Assembly (NCBI GenBank): GCA_044892525.1
Contig: CM097885.1
Location: 15,688,001-15,752,000, forward strand
Length of the DNA: 64,000 bases
DNA from: Schmidtea polychroa
Lineage: Eukaryota
Direction of reading: 5' to 3'
Shown here: positions 15,854 through 29,431 of the stretch, one piece after another
Position numbering within the stretch: the first letter of the stretch is position 1
Layout of the letters: every line of letters begins with the position of its first letter
The notes under the pieces: generated by a model
Told to the model about the DNA's origin: nothing
Seen by the model: the letters and a program-made list of their open reading frames with translations, nothing else
Database searches by the model: none
Program-made: the position numbers and the translations under genes

Positions 15854-17564
15854 TTATTTATGAAATTACATAAGTGTTAATTTATTAAATTAAATGGAAG
15901 TAAAAAATATTTTCTGTTTTAAATTAATTTTAAAATATTAAAAAAAAAGAAATCGAAAATTGTTAATCTGTTGTGGAGAAAATAAAATATTTTACGGATA
16001 AATAAAATAGAATAATTAATAAAATAAAATAAGAAAAAATAAATTCTTCATTATTTTCGATATTTTTATTTTTACGATATATTAATTAATAATAAAAATA
16101 TTTTTTTTCAGTTTATAAAAATATATTTATTTTTGTAAGAACTTTTTCCAATTTCACCACTGATTATTTTTCCGTTGATTTTATTAAAAAGAGAGCTTGA
16201 AGACTATAAATCAGTAATATATCGATGTTTTTTGATATTCTCGAATTTTCGGCACTGTCTTTTTATGAATTTCTATATTATAGAATTAAAATCGTATTCT
16301 TTAACACATGGGAAGACAATGAACAAAAGCATAAGAAAAGTAAATTATGCAAATTAACAAAATATGCTTAGAAATATTTTGAAAAATATACTTTATTACA
16401 GAAAATTATTTTAATATCGGAAATCAACTGAATAGGAAATATACAGGAATATTTACAGAAAAACCCTCCAAACTCTAGAAAATTCGCAAATTAAATTTCC
16501 CAACTCAAAAAATTTCCCCAAATTTTTAAAGCTCCTAAAATTAATTTTCGCAAAAAATAACGTAATTTTATATATGGTAAAAATTAGCTTGTAAATTTTT
16601 TTTTAAAATATTACTTTATTATAGGAAAACAACCGTATAGGAAATATACAAGATTACTACAAGAAAAATTTTCCCAACTCAAATTTTATAATTTTTTTAT
16701 GTAAAAATTTTTAAATATAGATTTCACCACAAAACATGTTGTGTACATTTATTAAAAAAATACAAAGAGCAAATAATTCAACAACAATTGAATTTCAATT
16801 GGTTAATACTAGAGAATTTCAGACTATTAATTCCAGAAAATATCTGAATGTGAATTAAATAAATATTTTTTGACTGTTCACGACAGCGTCAGACTTGCAT
16901 TTTGCTGGTTTATTTTTGGGTTCAGCATTATGTTATGCAAGCTTAGGTTTCGGATTGAATTTTATTGGTTAACAAGGAAATATTATTCGACCTATCAATT
17001 TTATCGTCAATGGTAATAAATAAAAAAATTACGGCATTAATTTCTCCCAGAATGGTGTTCTTGTTCCCGTGTTGAGAAATAAAAATTGGATTAAAAAATA
17101 TAATTTACAAATTCAAATAAAATCAAATCAAAATCTGTAAATTCAAAACTAACAAATACAAATATATGATAACACAACATAAAGGAATATAAAATTTTTT
17201 CAATATTCCAGAATTTCCTAGACCAAGAGACATTTTTTGGACCAAACCTTATCAATCCGTATCAATTACAGTAATTGAAACAAAAACTTAATAATAAATT
17301 AAAATTTTATATAAATTATACAATTTTTAATTGAATAAATTAAAAAAACAATTTAAAAATAAAAATTATGAATAAAAAATATATAAAACACATCAAATCA
17401 AAATAGCCTAAAGGTACAAAATGTTTTTATAAAAAGTTTTTAAAAATAGTTTTTATATAGTAAATGGCGCCTATGGCAAACACCGATCTTGCGCCCCTAC
17501 TTACTTTTTATTTTCTAAAAAACTAATTTAGAATTGGGTAAAAAAAGCACATAAGTTAAACCTA

Positions 17565-18872
17565 CAGTTGGGTATTTTCCGAGAAAATCACATTCTCGAG
17601 ATTCGGGATTTCCCGAAGCAAATTCTATAGAATTCTCGAGAAGTCGAGAAAATTTAAAAAACCTATAAAAAATTCTAAAATCAATGTAAAATAAAGAAAT
17701 TCGAAAAAAATATGTTTTTTATTTAAGTAAGAAGTAGTAAACAATTAATTAAAGCAATTAAAGTCATAAACAAAACAGAAGTAAAACAAAAATAGTTCAA
17801 AACATTATTAAAATAGAATAGAGTATTAAAACAAAATTAATTCAAAAATATTATTTACTAAAATAAAATTTCAGAAAACATAGACTGTCAATGGCTGCGT
17901 CTGCAATCGCGTACGCTTTTGCGAAACAAAAAAGTTGGCTTAATTGTATTAAAAGCCCAGATCAGTCTTTGAACATTTGTTGTTTTCTGTCCACTTTTTT
18001 CATATATATTTAGTTCCTTTTTAAATATCGGAAAAAGTTCGTTTGACGCATGTTGCGCAATGTTTTCTTTTGGTTTTGAGCATTGCTGGACATAGTTTTC
18101 AAGTTGTTTCGCCATATCTTCTTCTTCAACGCTGTTGTTCACAATCACAGCATCATCGGCAGAATCAGAAACTGCTTGCTCTTCTTGAATGCTTGTAGAA
18201 AAAAGACGAAAGAGGTACGCTTTGGCAGATAAGAAAGATCTGCTAGTTTTCTTTTTAGGCTGGATAGAAACTCGTCGCATAATTCAGTGTGCTGATTCTC
18301 CAATTTTGTGAACAATAGTTTTAGAATAAAATTCGTTGCAAGTAAGTTCACATTTTGGCGGCTGAGAGCTTCGACAGCAACACGAATAAGTTTTAGAGCA
18401 TTAATGATATTCTCACAATGCTTTTCTTCTGCTACAGTAGTTGCCATAACCGTTAAATTGAGCGTGTCGAGTTCCTTACAAACGTGCTTGCTGATGCGAA
18501 TGAACCTCGTCAGCATCGATTGAAGGCTGTTCCAACGTGTCTTACAATCCAATAGCAAGATAAGCTCTTTCTGCAAAAGCTCTTTTTGCAAAGTTAAAAC
18601 TCTTACTCTGACTCCAAGCGTGTCTTTGACTAACCCACATATACCACTTGACAACAGGAATCTTTATTGATGATCACAAATAATTTTCACTTTACTCTGA
18701 CAATCAATTCAACACTCCGCTCAGTGACTATACAATACTTATTGAAACACTCAGTGAAGAATAACACTCGAGTAAAACACCGGATTAAAAGATCCTTAAC
18801 TACTGATTGGTTTATCGCCTGGGGCTTTGAGTTGGTTGTTTTCTTTGAGATTCTTTGAATTTTTTTTATCAT
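17565..18872 (-). mobile_element. Degenerate hAT transposon
   Basis: LLLDCKTRWNSLQSMLTRF hAT motif in frameshifted ORFs; CAGTTGGG..TCTCGAGA terminal-like repeats near 17565-17650. Confidence 0.8.
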
Positions 18873-19235
18873 TATCTTTTCTTGTTTGTTTATTTATGAT
18901 TCTTTCAGTTTGTTTCACGATTTTTTCTTCTTTCTGTTTTGTTTCTTGACATTTTGATTTTTGTGTCGCTTGTTTTTCTTACCAAAATTTAACCGTTAAT
19001 TTTAAGGGCTAAAGGTCAGTGTCAATGTATACCTTGATGTAAATAAATAAATATTACAATATTTGTTTACTATTATCAAGATTTAACTACAAATGGATTA
19101 GCATGAATAATAATTTTTCAACTTCCTATAATTTCGTAAACATTATATTTATTAAAAAACTTGACCTATTGTGGATAACTCATGGTGCATGTGATGGTGG
19201 ATGTATAATAAATATTAATAATAAATATTAATGAT

Positions 19236-20107
19236 TGTTTCAGCCGATTTTGGATGATTTTTTTTGTATCGCGTCTGTGTGCGCACACAGACGCGAGTAA
19301 TAGGTAATTTATATTTTATATGTTATAAGTTATGTTTCTGTAGTAATAGATTTAAATCGATCTTTAATTTGTGGAATTTGGTTTTGATGGTTTGTTAATG
19401 GAAGAGCAGGAATCGTTTGTTTGAACTGGTAAATTGTGTAGAAATTTTGGATTTTTGTTTTTTAGTTGAAACATGGAAGAAAATGAAGGCCTGAAATGTC
19501 GTCTTCCAATGAGCAATATAGCGAAGATTATTTTCTCACCTGAAGGGAGATCATTCCAAGTCGAATATGCATTTAAGGCAATTGCATTAGATGGATTGCT
19601 TTCCGTTGGTATTCGAGGCAATAATGGTGGTGTAGTAGCTACACAAAGAAAAGTTCCAGATAAAATGATTGAGAAGAGTTCAGCTACAAGATTGTTTAAT
19701 ATTACTGAAAGTACTGAATGGGTTATGACTGATATGATCCCTGATTGTCGATCTCAAACATGTCGTGCACAAATGGAAGCAGATCGATTTAAATATAAAA
19801 ATGGATATGAAATGCCTTGTGACATAACATGTCGTTGTATCGCGGATATTAATCAGCTCTACACCCAATCGGCTGAGATGCGACCATTAGGTTTATCAAT
19901 GATAGCATTATCTTATGATATTGAAATGGATAAACCGTTATTATTCAAAACTGACTCCAGTGGCTTTGTAACTGGACATCGAGCTGTTGCAGTTGGTGGG
20001 AAGCAATTGGAGGCTAAAAGTTATTTGGAAAAGAAACTACGTAAAAATAGAGCGTGTGAAACTATCAAATACATAAAAATCTTTTTGACGTGTTTTAGAC
20101 GAAAACA
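19236..20107 (+). mobile_element. Solo LTR (872 bp) related to the DUSP12 LTR, carrying a proteasome alpha ORF
   Basis: TGTTT...AAACA ends; 6-bp target-site duplication AATGAT (19230-19235 and 20108-20113); shared TCGCGTCTGTGTGCGC/GCGCACACAGACGCGA palindrome; CATAAA 30 nt from the end. Confidence 0.82.
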
Positions 20108-20165
20108 AATGATAATAATAACAAATAATAATATTAATAATAATGATAATAATAACAAAAAATAA
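19473..20165 (+). CDS. PSMA6: Intronless, truncated proteasome subunit alpha type-6-like ORF (LTR cargo)
   Basis: IFSPEGRSFQVEYAFKAI, TQRKVPDK, RFKYKNGYEMP, ADINQLYTQSAEMRPLG, SYLEKKL. Native N-terminal tail and C-terminus absent; no stop inside the LTR. Confidence 0.88.
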   Translation: MEENEGLKCRLPMSNIAKIIFSPEGRSFQVEYAFKAIALDGLLSVGIRGNNGGVVATQRKVPDKMIEKSSATRLFNITESTEWVMTDMIPDCRSQTCRAQMEADRFKYKNGYEMPCDITCRCIADINQLYTQSAEMRPLGLSMIALSYDIEMDKPLLFKTDSSGFVTGHRAVAVGGKQLEAKSYLEKKLRKNRACETIKYIKIFLTCFRRKQMIIITNNNINNNDNNNKK

Positions 20166-21605
20166 ATAATAATAATAAGAATAATAATAATAATATAAAA
20201 CGAAGATTCCTTGCCAGTAGCATCGATTAAAAATAAAATAATTAATAAATAAAGTTCTAAGATTTCAGTGCAAATTTCATATTTAATAAAAAAATAAATG
20301 AGAATTTTCGACTATGAAATAATCTTATTTAATTGATTGAAAAATAAATAATAAAATTCCACTACTGGTCAATGTAGGCAAGGTGATTGCTCGCCATATA
20401 TTCTCAGGAAATGGCCATAGTTTGCCTTTTGATGGACATGAAGGACATTTTGTATCCGGCTATTGCTGGAGGTAATATTTTATATGGATGACACGTGTCA
20501 GCTGCCTGAGAGCCACAGGAATATCCTAGAAGGCCACTATTAGCATAGAAAGGAACTTATTTACTCCTTCACTCACCAATGAGAATGAATAATAATTTAA
20601 CATTATGCCATTTTCGCATCTAATGCTTTACTGATCCATCTCAGCCATGTAGAGGCGCCATTGAAAGCTTGGTCAGACCGCGTGCCAATACTCATGCTCA
20701 TTGCGGAAAATCCAGTCAAATCGCCTTCATTGCCCTCATAAACATTACACAAATGCACTCAGTCTGGGACACATTTCTCGCTATCCGTTCTGAGTAAGCA
20801 TCCGTTTGTACAGCTCCTTTCATGCATGCCATCTGATATGTCAGTGTGGGATCTTGTCTGTGTACAAGTTTCCACACCTTTAAATTGAGGATCTAGAAAG
20901 GATAAAATCAAATTCCTAATAAGTCACGTCACAATGTATCAATGCGTTCGATGAAATAACAAAAAACAATGAAAGATGACCACGACTACTGTTGAATGAC
21001 ATCAGAATGGTCCTGACAATTGCTCAATGGTGTCCATTAATTGGATTAATATTAAAAAATATAAAACAAATGTTTGATTTTTTGCTGAATCTGCTGTGAC
21101 CGATTTCTGTGCCATATTTATGTACATCTATCAAAACATACACTCTCCAGGACATTCACTAGCACAGTGAACTACAATTTGATAGAATCAATTTAATTAA
21201 GTGTCAATTAGGCATTGCATTGATCACAGATTTCATAAAATTATACAAATATTCGTTACAATTTAATTTTTTATTGTGTTAAATCTAATCCAATTTATCA
21301 ATATTGCTTTGTGCATTTGATGTTTTATCATTGCAACTATGTCACAATAAAATGTTATAAAATTATAATTTAAATAATTTTGTAATATTTAAAATAAATG
21401 AGAAAAAAATTAACATTAATAATATTTTGATTTGCGCTAAAAGTTAAAAAACAATATTTATAAAATGTTTGTTTATCTACATCAAAATACAAATTATAAA
21501 TATTGAAATTGTCAACGTCAGACGAAATAATTAATATAATAAGTATGATTTATGATTGTTGTAAAATGTTGAAATATTTTGATAATATTGTTAATTTTAG
21601 ATAAA

Positions 21606-23465
21606 ATGTTTGCAATCGTATGGGAAATGATGAAGAGGAATAAATTTGAATTTGATAATGAAATCAGCATTGAATTGATATGCAGAATTTGCAAGTGTTT
21701 AATGATAAAAGCTTGCAATGCTCCTTGCGGTTGTCGCTTTTGTTCTGATTGCATTGAGCAATATTTGGATGGAAAAGATAAATTCTGTCCAGGAGCATCA
21801 AAACATTGTGGAAAGAAAATGATCAATTTCAAAAAAGATGTTTCTGAAGATCATGCAGCCAATTTAAGGATTTCAGAAGTGATAGTGAGATGCCCAATGC
21901 AAAATTGTCAATTCAAAGATGAATTAGAAGTGATGGAAAGCCACATGAGTACATGCACCAAGAACACTGATCAGATCAGTAATATATGCAATGAGATGCA
22001 AGCAATGAGAGATGAGAATGTGACATTGCGTAATGAAATTATCAATATCAATGTAAAATTTTATTTGTAATTAATTTTATTGATATTTGTGATTGTAGGT
22101 GAAACAGAGCAATATTGAAAGGAAAGAGGCGGAGAACAAAGGAGAAATAGAAGAATTGAATGAGGAAATGGTGGCATTGAAGAATGCGAACCGCTCATTG
22201 AGAATGGATATGGAGACAAATATTGGATCAATCAGTCAAGTTTGATTATTGATTTGATTTACTATTGATTTGTTATTGACGCAAAGCAGGTCAGACAGCA
22301 AATTGAGGCGATTGAATCAAAATGTCAACAGCAAATTGATGAGATGAGAGAGAAATGCGAACAGCGGCTGCAACAAGGGGATGAAAAGGTGATTTATTGA
22401 TTTATTGAAATATTTGATTTTGAGATTCAGTTGCAGCTTGAAATGGCGAAATGCGCCAATGATATACGGCAGAATGAATCAAAATATCAACATCAAATTG
22501 ATGAGTTGAAAGAGAAATGCGAGCAACGTTTGCAACAGGTCAGACTGCAAATTGAGGCGATTGAATCGCCTCAAATGAGAGAAATAATTCAATTGGCATT
22601 TTTAATTATTATCTTGATGCTCATGGCAGCTCAAATTCGGCAGAATGAAACAAAATGTCAACAGCAAATTGATGAGACGAAAGAGAAATACGAGCAGCAG
22701 TTGGAACAGGGGAATGAAAAGGTGATTTATTGATTTATTGAAATGTTTGAATTTGAGATTCAGTCGCAGCTTGAAATGGCGAAATATGTCAATGAAATTC
22801 GGCAGAATGAATCAAAATATCAACATCAAATTGATGAGATGAAAGAGAAATACGAGCAGCGGTTGCAACAGGGGAATGAAAAGGTGATTTATTGATTTAT
22901 TGAAATGTTTGAATTTGAGATTCAGTCGCAGCTTGAAATGGCGAAAAGCGCCAATGAAATTCGGCAGATTGAAACAAAATTAGCAAATGAAAAATATATA
23001 AATTATGGATTTTTTGAATGGCAAATCGATAAATTTTCACAAGAAAAGAGAAATGAAATTATTTACAGCGAGGCATTTTATTCCGGGCCAATCGGTTACA
23101 AAATGTGCTTGTGGTTGGGGACTAGTGGTGATTTGTTTGGGATTTTTAATTGGGTTAATGTTGGTTTCTGTTTGATGCGTGGGGCAAATGATGAGCAATT
23201 GGATTGGCCGTTCAATCAATCCGTGACAATCGATGTGATCGATCCAGAAAATGGCAACATTTATATGAGCAAGTTTATGAAATATTCAGATCGCCCTCTT
23301 GATGCCGGATGGAGGAAACCGTCACAAGACAGAAATGATCCAATTGGCATTTATTATGAGTATTATGATGTCAGCTCAATCTATAAATTAGCAGCCAAAA
23401 GTGATAAATTGCTGCTCAGGTGCAGAATTGAAAAATTCTTACAAATTAAAAAAACAAATCAATAA
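21606..23465 (+). CDS. TRAF-family paralog 2, apparently intact (~545 aa, 6 exons)
   Basis: Exons 21606-22052, 22099-22239, 22290-22388, 22431-22721, 22764-22883 and 22926-23465 splice in frame without stops. The second zinc finger is deleted in frame. Confidence 0.85.
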
Positions 23466-24427
23466 AAATTGATTTATTTTGGCTTTTGATTTGTTTTATT
23501 GTTTGCATTTTTTATTATATTTATTATATGAGATAATTATTGTGGTAATTATTGTCATTCTCGCCTTCCATCCGATATCATCATCACTTGGCGGAGCGCT
23601 CACAGCAAATTGCCAATTGCAATATCAACATCAATTATATAATTAAATAAAAGCAATTTAATTAAATCAAAACATTTAATATAAATTTGAATAATTATTA
23701 TAATTAAATTAATAATTAATTTGAAAGAAATGAAATTAAAATTCACCCGAATATAAGCGCTGACAAATCGCCTCAACAAATCAAACGCTCCTATGACGAG
23801 TGGAACTGACGAAAAAACCGCCGCTGATGTTATATGAGTTTTGGATAAATTATTGCTGTACTGAATGGCAGTAAAATGCACCTAAATGCAATACTAACAC
23901 CGCGTTATATCAAATTGAATTCTTTGAATTTTACTTATTAACAAACAACGAAATTTATCTTGAAATCTTGAAATTATAAAAAAGGGGATCATTTAGGAAA
24001 TTTATAAATGAGGTTTTAAAGTGAAGTTGAGTCCAATACCTAATCTACATCAATACCTTGTGGTGATAAGTGACGGTTATGGAGTTTAAGGCGGGGGGGG
24101 GTTATTTATAAAATTTATAAATTATAATCTTAAATTAAACGTAAGTTGAGCATACATAATAAAGTAATTTACATTAGCGAATTTGGTACTTGATTGATGG
24201 TCATATTACTTGAGGGGCATAAATGAAATTATAATTTTAAAATTCAAAATTTTAATTAGACATTTCTAAGAAAACAATTTACATTAATACATTTAGGATG
24301 AGATTAGTAGCAGTGGCACTTTAAGAGGTCAAAAATAAAATTTGTAAATTAATATTTTAATTCTCAAATACAAGATGAATAAATATATAGATAATCTATA
24401 TTAGGGAAATTCTTAATAAGTAGATGA

Positions 24428-25310
24428 CTCTTAGCAATACACAAAGCAATCAAACACTTCCAACATTTATTCGAAGGACGAAACTTAAAAATATTCACAG
24501 ATCACAAACCGCTAACTAACGCAATCATAATAAAGAACCCCTCACCAAGTCAAATTAGACAATTCAACTTCATTTTACAATTTAACTGCACAATAAACTA
24601 CGTAGCGGGAAAATAAACATAGCAGCTGACGCTCTATCAAGAAACGAAAGTGACATAAACTCCCTGGAATTCGAAAACATAATCAAATTGGATCAAATTA
24701 AATCCAAACAAAACGAAACAATTAACAAACTTCCCACTAAACACAGTTTGAAACTACAAGAACTCAACGGAGTATGGCACGACGTCTCCAACAAAAGCAA
24801 CAAACGAATATTACTTCAGGAGGAATTCCGTGAAAACTGCATCGAAAAGATACACAAGATTAATCACTCTGGAAACAAAGTAACATTCGAACTAATAAAC
24901 AACAATTATATATGGCCTAAAATGCGGAAAGACATCAAAAACTACGTCAAGAGAGTTCACAGCTGCCAGTTAAATAAAACAACAAAAAACTCAAACCTCT
25001 AAAAGTAAACTTCCCAAGCAGCGAAGTCTTCTAAACAATACACACAGATATTGTAGGACCACTACCACCAAAAGACAACTACAAATACCTGTTGACAATT
25101 ATAGACAGCAAATCCAACTGGTTCGAAGTAATCCCAATAGAAGAAATCACCGCAAAAAATATATGTGAAATGATCGAATTAAATTGAATAGCTTGTTATG
25201 GCCAACCGAAAACATTCATAACCGATCAAGACAGACAGTTCGAATCAGAAATGTTCAAAATACTCTGCAACAAATACAACATCAAAAAGAACCGAACAAC
25301 AGCTTTCTTT
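24428..25310 (+). mobile_element. Degenerate Ty3/Gypsy RNase H-integrase fragment
   Basis: LLAI..AIKHF, IFTDHKPL, ADALSR, YIWPKMRKDIK, HTDIVGPLP and ITDQ motifs with stops and frameshifts. Confidence 0.85.
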
Positions 25311-26678
25311 GCAGTATTGGGCCAGAACGACTGGAAAACCTTTAATTCCCTTGTATATCTCCTCAACTGACTTCTATATATCCAAAACTTCGTAACCTAG
25401 AATATCTTTTTTTCTAACTACAATAATAACTAAAAAAAGGAAAATTACAACACATTTATAACGAACATTCATTTAATTTTTGATGTTGCACAAGTCTAAT
25501 AAGAATCCATAGAGTTACAGAATTACATCAAGTCTGAAATTTGAGTCGTCTAAATCAGCATTAAAGAAAATATAAGGCTGCTGGGCCAGTGTGATGGTGG
25601 ATTGGGTTGTACTTGTTGAAGGCATTGGAGGGATTAATTGGAGAATTAATAGCGGCTAACTCGGCTAGCCATCGGGCATTTGCCCGCTGTCGGCGCAGTC
25701 TGTGGGTCTCTGCGTATTGATTTCAATTTGCCGGAGATGGAGTCGCTATTGGTACTGGTACTACGGAAACTGGTTGGGGCGTTGGAACTTGAGTTGTTTA
25801 AACAGGTTCTACTACACCACTGCTGGGAGGTAAGTGATGACTGAAGATCACATCTAAGTTCATTAAGGCCGCTCCTTGTGTGATTCGAGCTTCCAATTAT
25901 TTTGCCGTGTACATCTTGGGCAACGGCTCATGTTTTTTTCTAATTACTAACCGTTGCGCCAGACTTTCCGTTACAATTTCCTGTCTAGTCCAGTCTAAGT
26001 GAAAGATGCGCTGATGTAATGTATGGGCCTTATCTGGTGAGAACCAAGTTGCCTCAAACTGATTTAGTCCTTTTGGTTTTCTTCTCGGTTGCTTCCTTAA
26101 TTTCTGGATTTATTCTGTCAAATGTACCTCTCTGGGTGAAAGAGTTTTATTAGCCTAAGTTGGAAGCTTTTGCCATTTAAAGATGGGAAATTTAACTGAT
26201 GAAAGTTATACGCTTCACACATTTCAAAGAGGAATTTGAAGTCATCACTCCAACCAGGGTTTTCACTCGGTGTGAGTGTCTCTTCTCTTCTATATTATCG
26301 CTCAAGAATTTCATATTCGCTGGAAACGGATTAAATAAAACTATAGTTCATATTGGGCTTGACCGAACGTGTCGGGACACAATAATCAAGCAAATGGCGA
26401 ATAATCAGGTCAAGTACATGGCTTTGGCAACCGATAAACTGTGGTTTTTCTAATATTTTCCTTTCGAACTCTCTTTGAATTCGAATTACACTCCATTTGT
26501 TAACAGATGTCGTGTCACACGATCATTTGAATATTTTTCCAAGCATCAAACTTGTCTAACAAATTCGTCATTGAATCAAAAATAACGTCTGCTGAGCCAC
26601 TTTGGCAAATGAGAATTCCCAGGTTCAAATAGCGATAATTTAGACCTGACGCTTTCGTTTCGTTGCTGTTGATATAAG

Positions 26679-28346
26679 TGTAGCCATCCAAATATTAAAA
26701 TATAAAATGTTTTAATATTAGGATAGTTTGTTTAAATATTCAAACATTGTTATTAAAATATAATTTGAAATGTCAGCGTAACCATGAACGGTGCGATGGA
26801 AGCCTTCAACCAATATCATTTTTCTCAAGGAAACTCAGCTCAACAGAACAAAAATATTCAACATTTGACAGAGAGCTGCTTGCAGTTTACCTGTCCGTTA
26901 AAAATTTTAAGCACTACCTGGAATCAAACGAATTCTGTCTAAAAACTGATCATAAGCCGCTCATTCACATGAGTTCGATGAAAAACCCTTCAAATCGTCA
27001 ATGGCGATGGATCAACTACATTTACCAGTTTAACTTCAACATTCATCACACAAGAGGTCAAGACAATCAAGTTGCTGACTTTCTATCGCGACAAAGGGAG
27101 ACAGAACCTCAAGAAGCCATAGTTAATAATATCAAGCTAACAGAATTAATTATCCAACAAAAAGACGAATCCTTTATTAAATCACTGAAATCAACGACTT
27201 TGAAGTTACAGGAAACTGAAAATGGCGTTCTTGTTGATGTCAACAACAACATCGTCAGGATAATTCTACCCGAAGTCTTTAGACGGCTAGAATTCAACCG
27301 TCTACATAACAGGCGCCACCCTGGGGCAAATGCGACGATCAAAATGATTAAACAGAAATATGTTTGGCCAAAAATGAGAAGTCAGATACGTAAATGGTGT
27401 AAAGAATGCGAATCATGCCAAAAGAACAAGATAAATAGACATACTAAATCAAAACTAGGACAACTACCAGACAGAGGTAAATTTAAAATAATTCATATTG
27501 ACATAGTAGGTCCATTGCCCTCAGTCAACAACAAAAGGTTTCTTTTGACAATCATTGACAGATTCTCCTCATGGCCGGAAGCTTTTGCAATAAATGAAAT
27601 AAACAGCTCAAGCATAGTTAATATACTCGAAAAAGAATGGATTCCTCGATATGGAGCGCCAGAAATTGTCATTACTGACAATGGCAGACAATTTGTCTCA
27701 TCAACTTTCAAGGAGCTGTGCTCAAAATATGCCATCGAACATCGACATACAACTGCATACCATCCTCAGTGTAATGGCAAAGTCGAAAGATGGCACAGAA
27801 CATTAAAAGCAGCTCTTCGAACACATTCCGACAATGCCAATAGAAGTTGGGCTAACGACATACCGGCAGTTATGCTTGGCTTAAGAAACGTCACATCAGA
27901 AGAAACCGGTCTATCACCAATGCAAGCGGTTTTTGGAACCGATTCCAGAATGCCAGGTGACATCGTACTAAAAAAATTGAAGAAACGCAAATGCAACGAA
28001 AGGTCATACTTTCCGAAAGAATTAAAAACATGCAGTCACGTATGGATGGTCAAAGAATCAAGGTCTTCCCTTCAACCAATATATGAAGGACGCTTCAAGG
28101 TCATTAGTCGCAGTGAAGATTTCAAAACATATCAAATTGAACAAAATTCAAAGATAGTCAGAGTCTCAGTTGACAGACTAAAAGCCGCATTTTCAAGTTA
28201 AGATACTCCATAATCTACGTTGGGGGTTTATGTAGCCATCCAAATATTAAAATATAAAATGTTTTAATATTAGGATAGTTTGTTTAAATATTCAAACATT
28301 GTTATTAAAATATAATTTGAAATGTCAGCGTGTTCTTCTCCCAACA
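26679..28346 (+). mobile_element. Internally deleted Ty3/Gypsy element with 116-bp LTRs
   Basis: Truncated 5' LTR 26679-26779; 3' LTR 28231-28346 (TG..CA); 5-bp target-site duplication ATAAG; G-tract before the 3' LTR. Confidence 0.92.
26747..28201 (+). CDS. Gypsy RNase H plus integrase (partial pol)
   Basis: YSTFDRELLAV, TDHKPL, HHCC motif, IHIDIVGPLP, TDNGRQF, NGKVERWHRTLK. Confidence 0.9.
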   Translation: MLLKYNLKCQRNHERCDGSLQPISFFSRKLSSTEQKYSTFDRELLAVYLSVKNFKHYLESNEFCLKTDHKPLIHMSSMKNPSNRQWRWINYIYQFNFNIHHTRGQDNQVADFLSRQRETEPQEAIVNNIKLTELIIQQKDESFIKSLKSTTLKLQETENGVLVDVNNNIVRIILPEVFRRLEFNRLHNRRHPGANATIKMIKQKYVWPKMRSQIRKWCKECESCQKNKINRHTKSKLGQLPDRGKFKIIHIDIVGPLPSVNNKRFLLTIIDRFSSWPEAFAINEINSSSIVNILEKEWIPRYGAPEIVITDNGRQFVSSTFKELCSKYAIEHRHTTAYHPQCNGKVERWHRTLKAALRTHSDNANRSWANDIPAVMLGLRNVTSEETGLSPMQAVFGTDSRMPGDIVLKKLKKRKCNERSYFPKELKTCSHVWMVKESRSSLQPIYEGRFKVISRSEDFKTYQIEQNSKIVRVSVDRLKAAFSS

Positions 28347-29398
28347 ATAAGTTTAAATGAACTCCCAATTTTGGAAGTTTTTGATAAAGTAATGAGAATG
28401 GAATTGAAAGAGCGAGAAAATAAACATTATTTAAACAACATTCTATAATATAGGATTCCTATATATGACACAATTAGCTCTTTTCAGCTGAAATCAGAAC
28501 TTTATTTTTAAACGTTATTAATCAGATAAATTAAGAATTATCACATTATTGTTACTCTGTTTCCATTATAGAATTGGAGGCATAGAATGGTAAACAACGA
28601 CAATCTGGTAGGACTGTTTCTTAAATGTAACATTTAGCTTGGAAATTAGGGTTTTTAAATAGGAATATTAACTAGAAAATCTAAAAAAACACCTAGATCA
28701 CACTTTGCCATATAATTTTTAGATCCTTATGAGAGCGCCACGGTTTTTCAAAATTTAATAACCCCGACAGCAAAAATGCGATTTACAAAAAAATGTTTGC
28801 TTTACAGGCAAGCATTGCTATTTTATATACGACTCTATTTAATGATGAGAGCAATTATCTCAACATATCACAATTATAATAGCGATATAGATGTTATTAA
28901 TATAATAAAGATATAAATGGCAGAGATCAATTATGATAGAAATCGGAACCACAGCCACAATAGAACGACTAAATAACACTGATCGTAATCATACAAAGAT
29001 GATAGTCATGAAAGTGGGAATAATCATAATAGTACTGGTAGGTTTCAGGTAAACTATATTTTACACTCTAGTATTGTAGTAGGAACCCAAAAAGCTTTAC
29101 GTGAAACTTTGGCAATAAACCGGATAGGAATAAGTCAGAGAATCGGTAACTCCTCCATATTAATTATTTAATTCCTGTAAAGTACATTGATTTCATAAAC
29201 ATAACAGCCTGTTTCATGTAACTCGTGCGACTGTCAAGCAAACATTAATAAAATCTAAAACCAACAAAAATCAAAAAATACAGAAGAAACGTTTATTTAC
29301 AAATTGTAAGCTTAAATAATCGTTTAAAATATACGCGGCATTTGTACAGATCCAATCGCATCATCCAATAGAATTGTGTATCACCGACACAAAATGTG

Positions 29399-29431
<33 letters not shown>

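Noticed and set aside
25560..26670. GC-richer gag-like relics (also ~6400-6900 and ~31060-31700)
   Set aside because: Many stops and no diagnostic motif that I can support.
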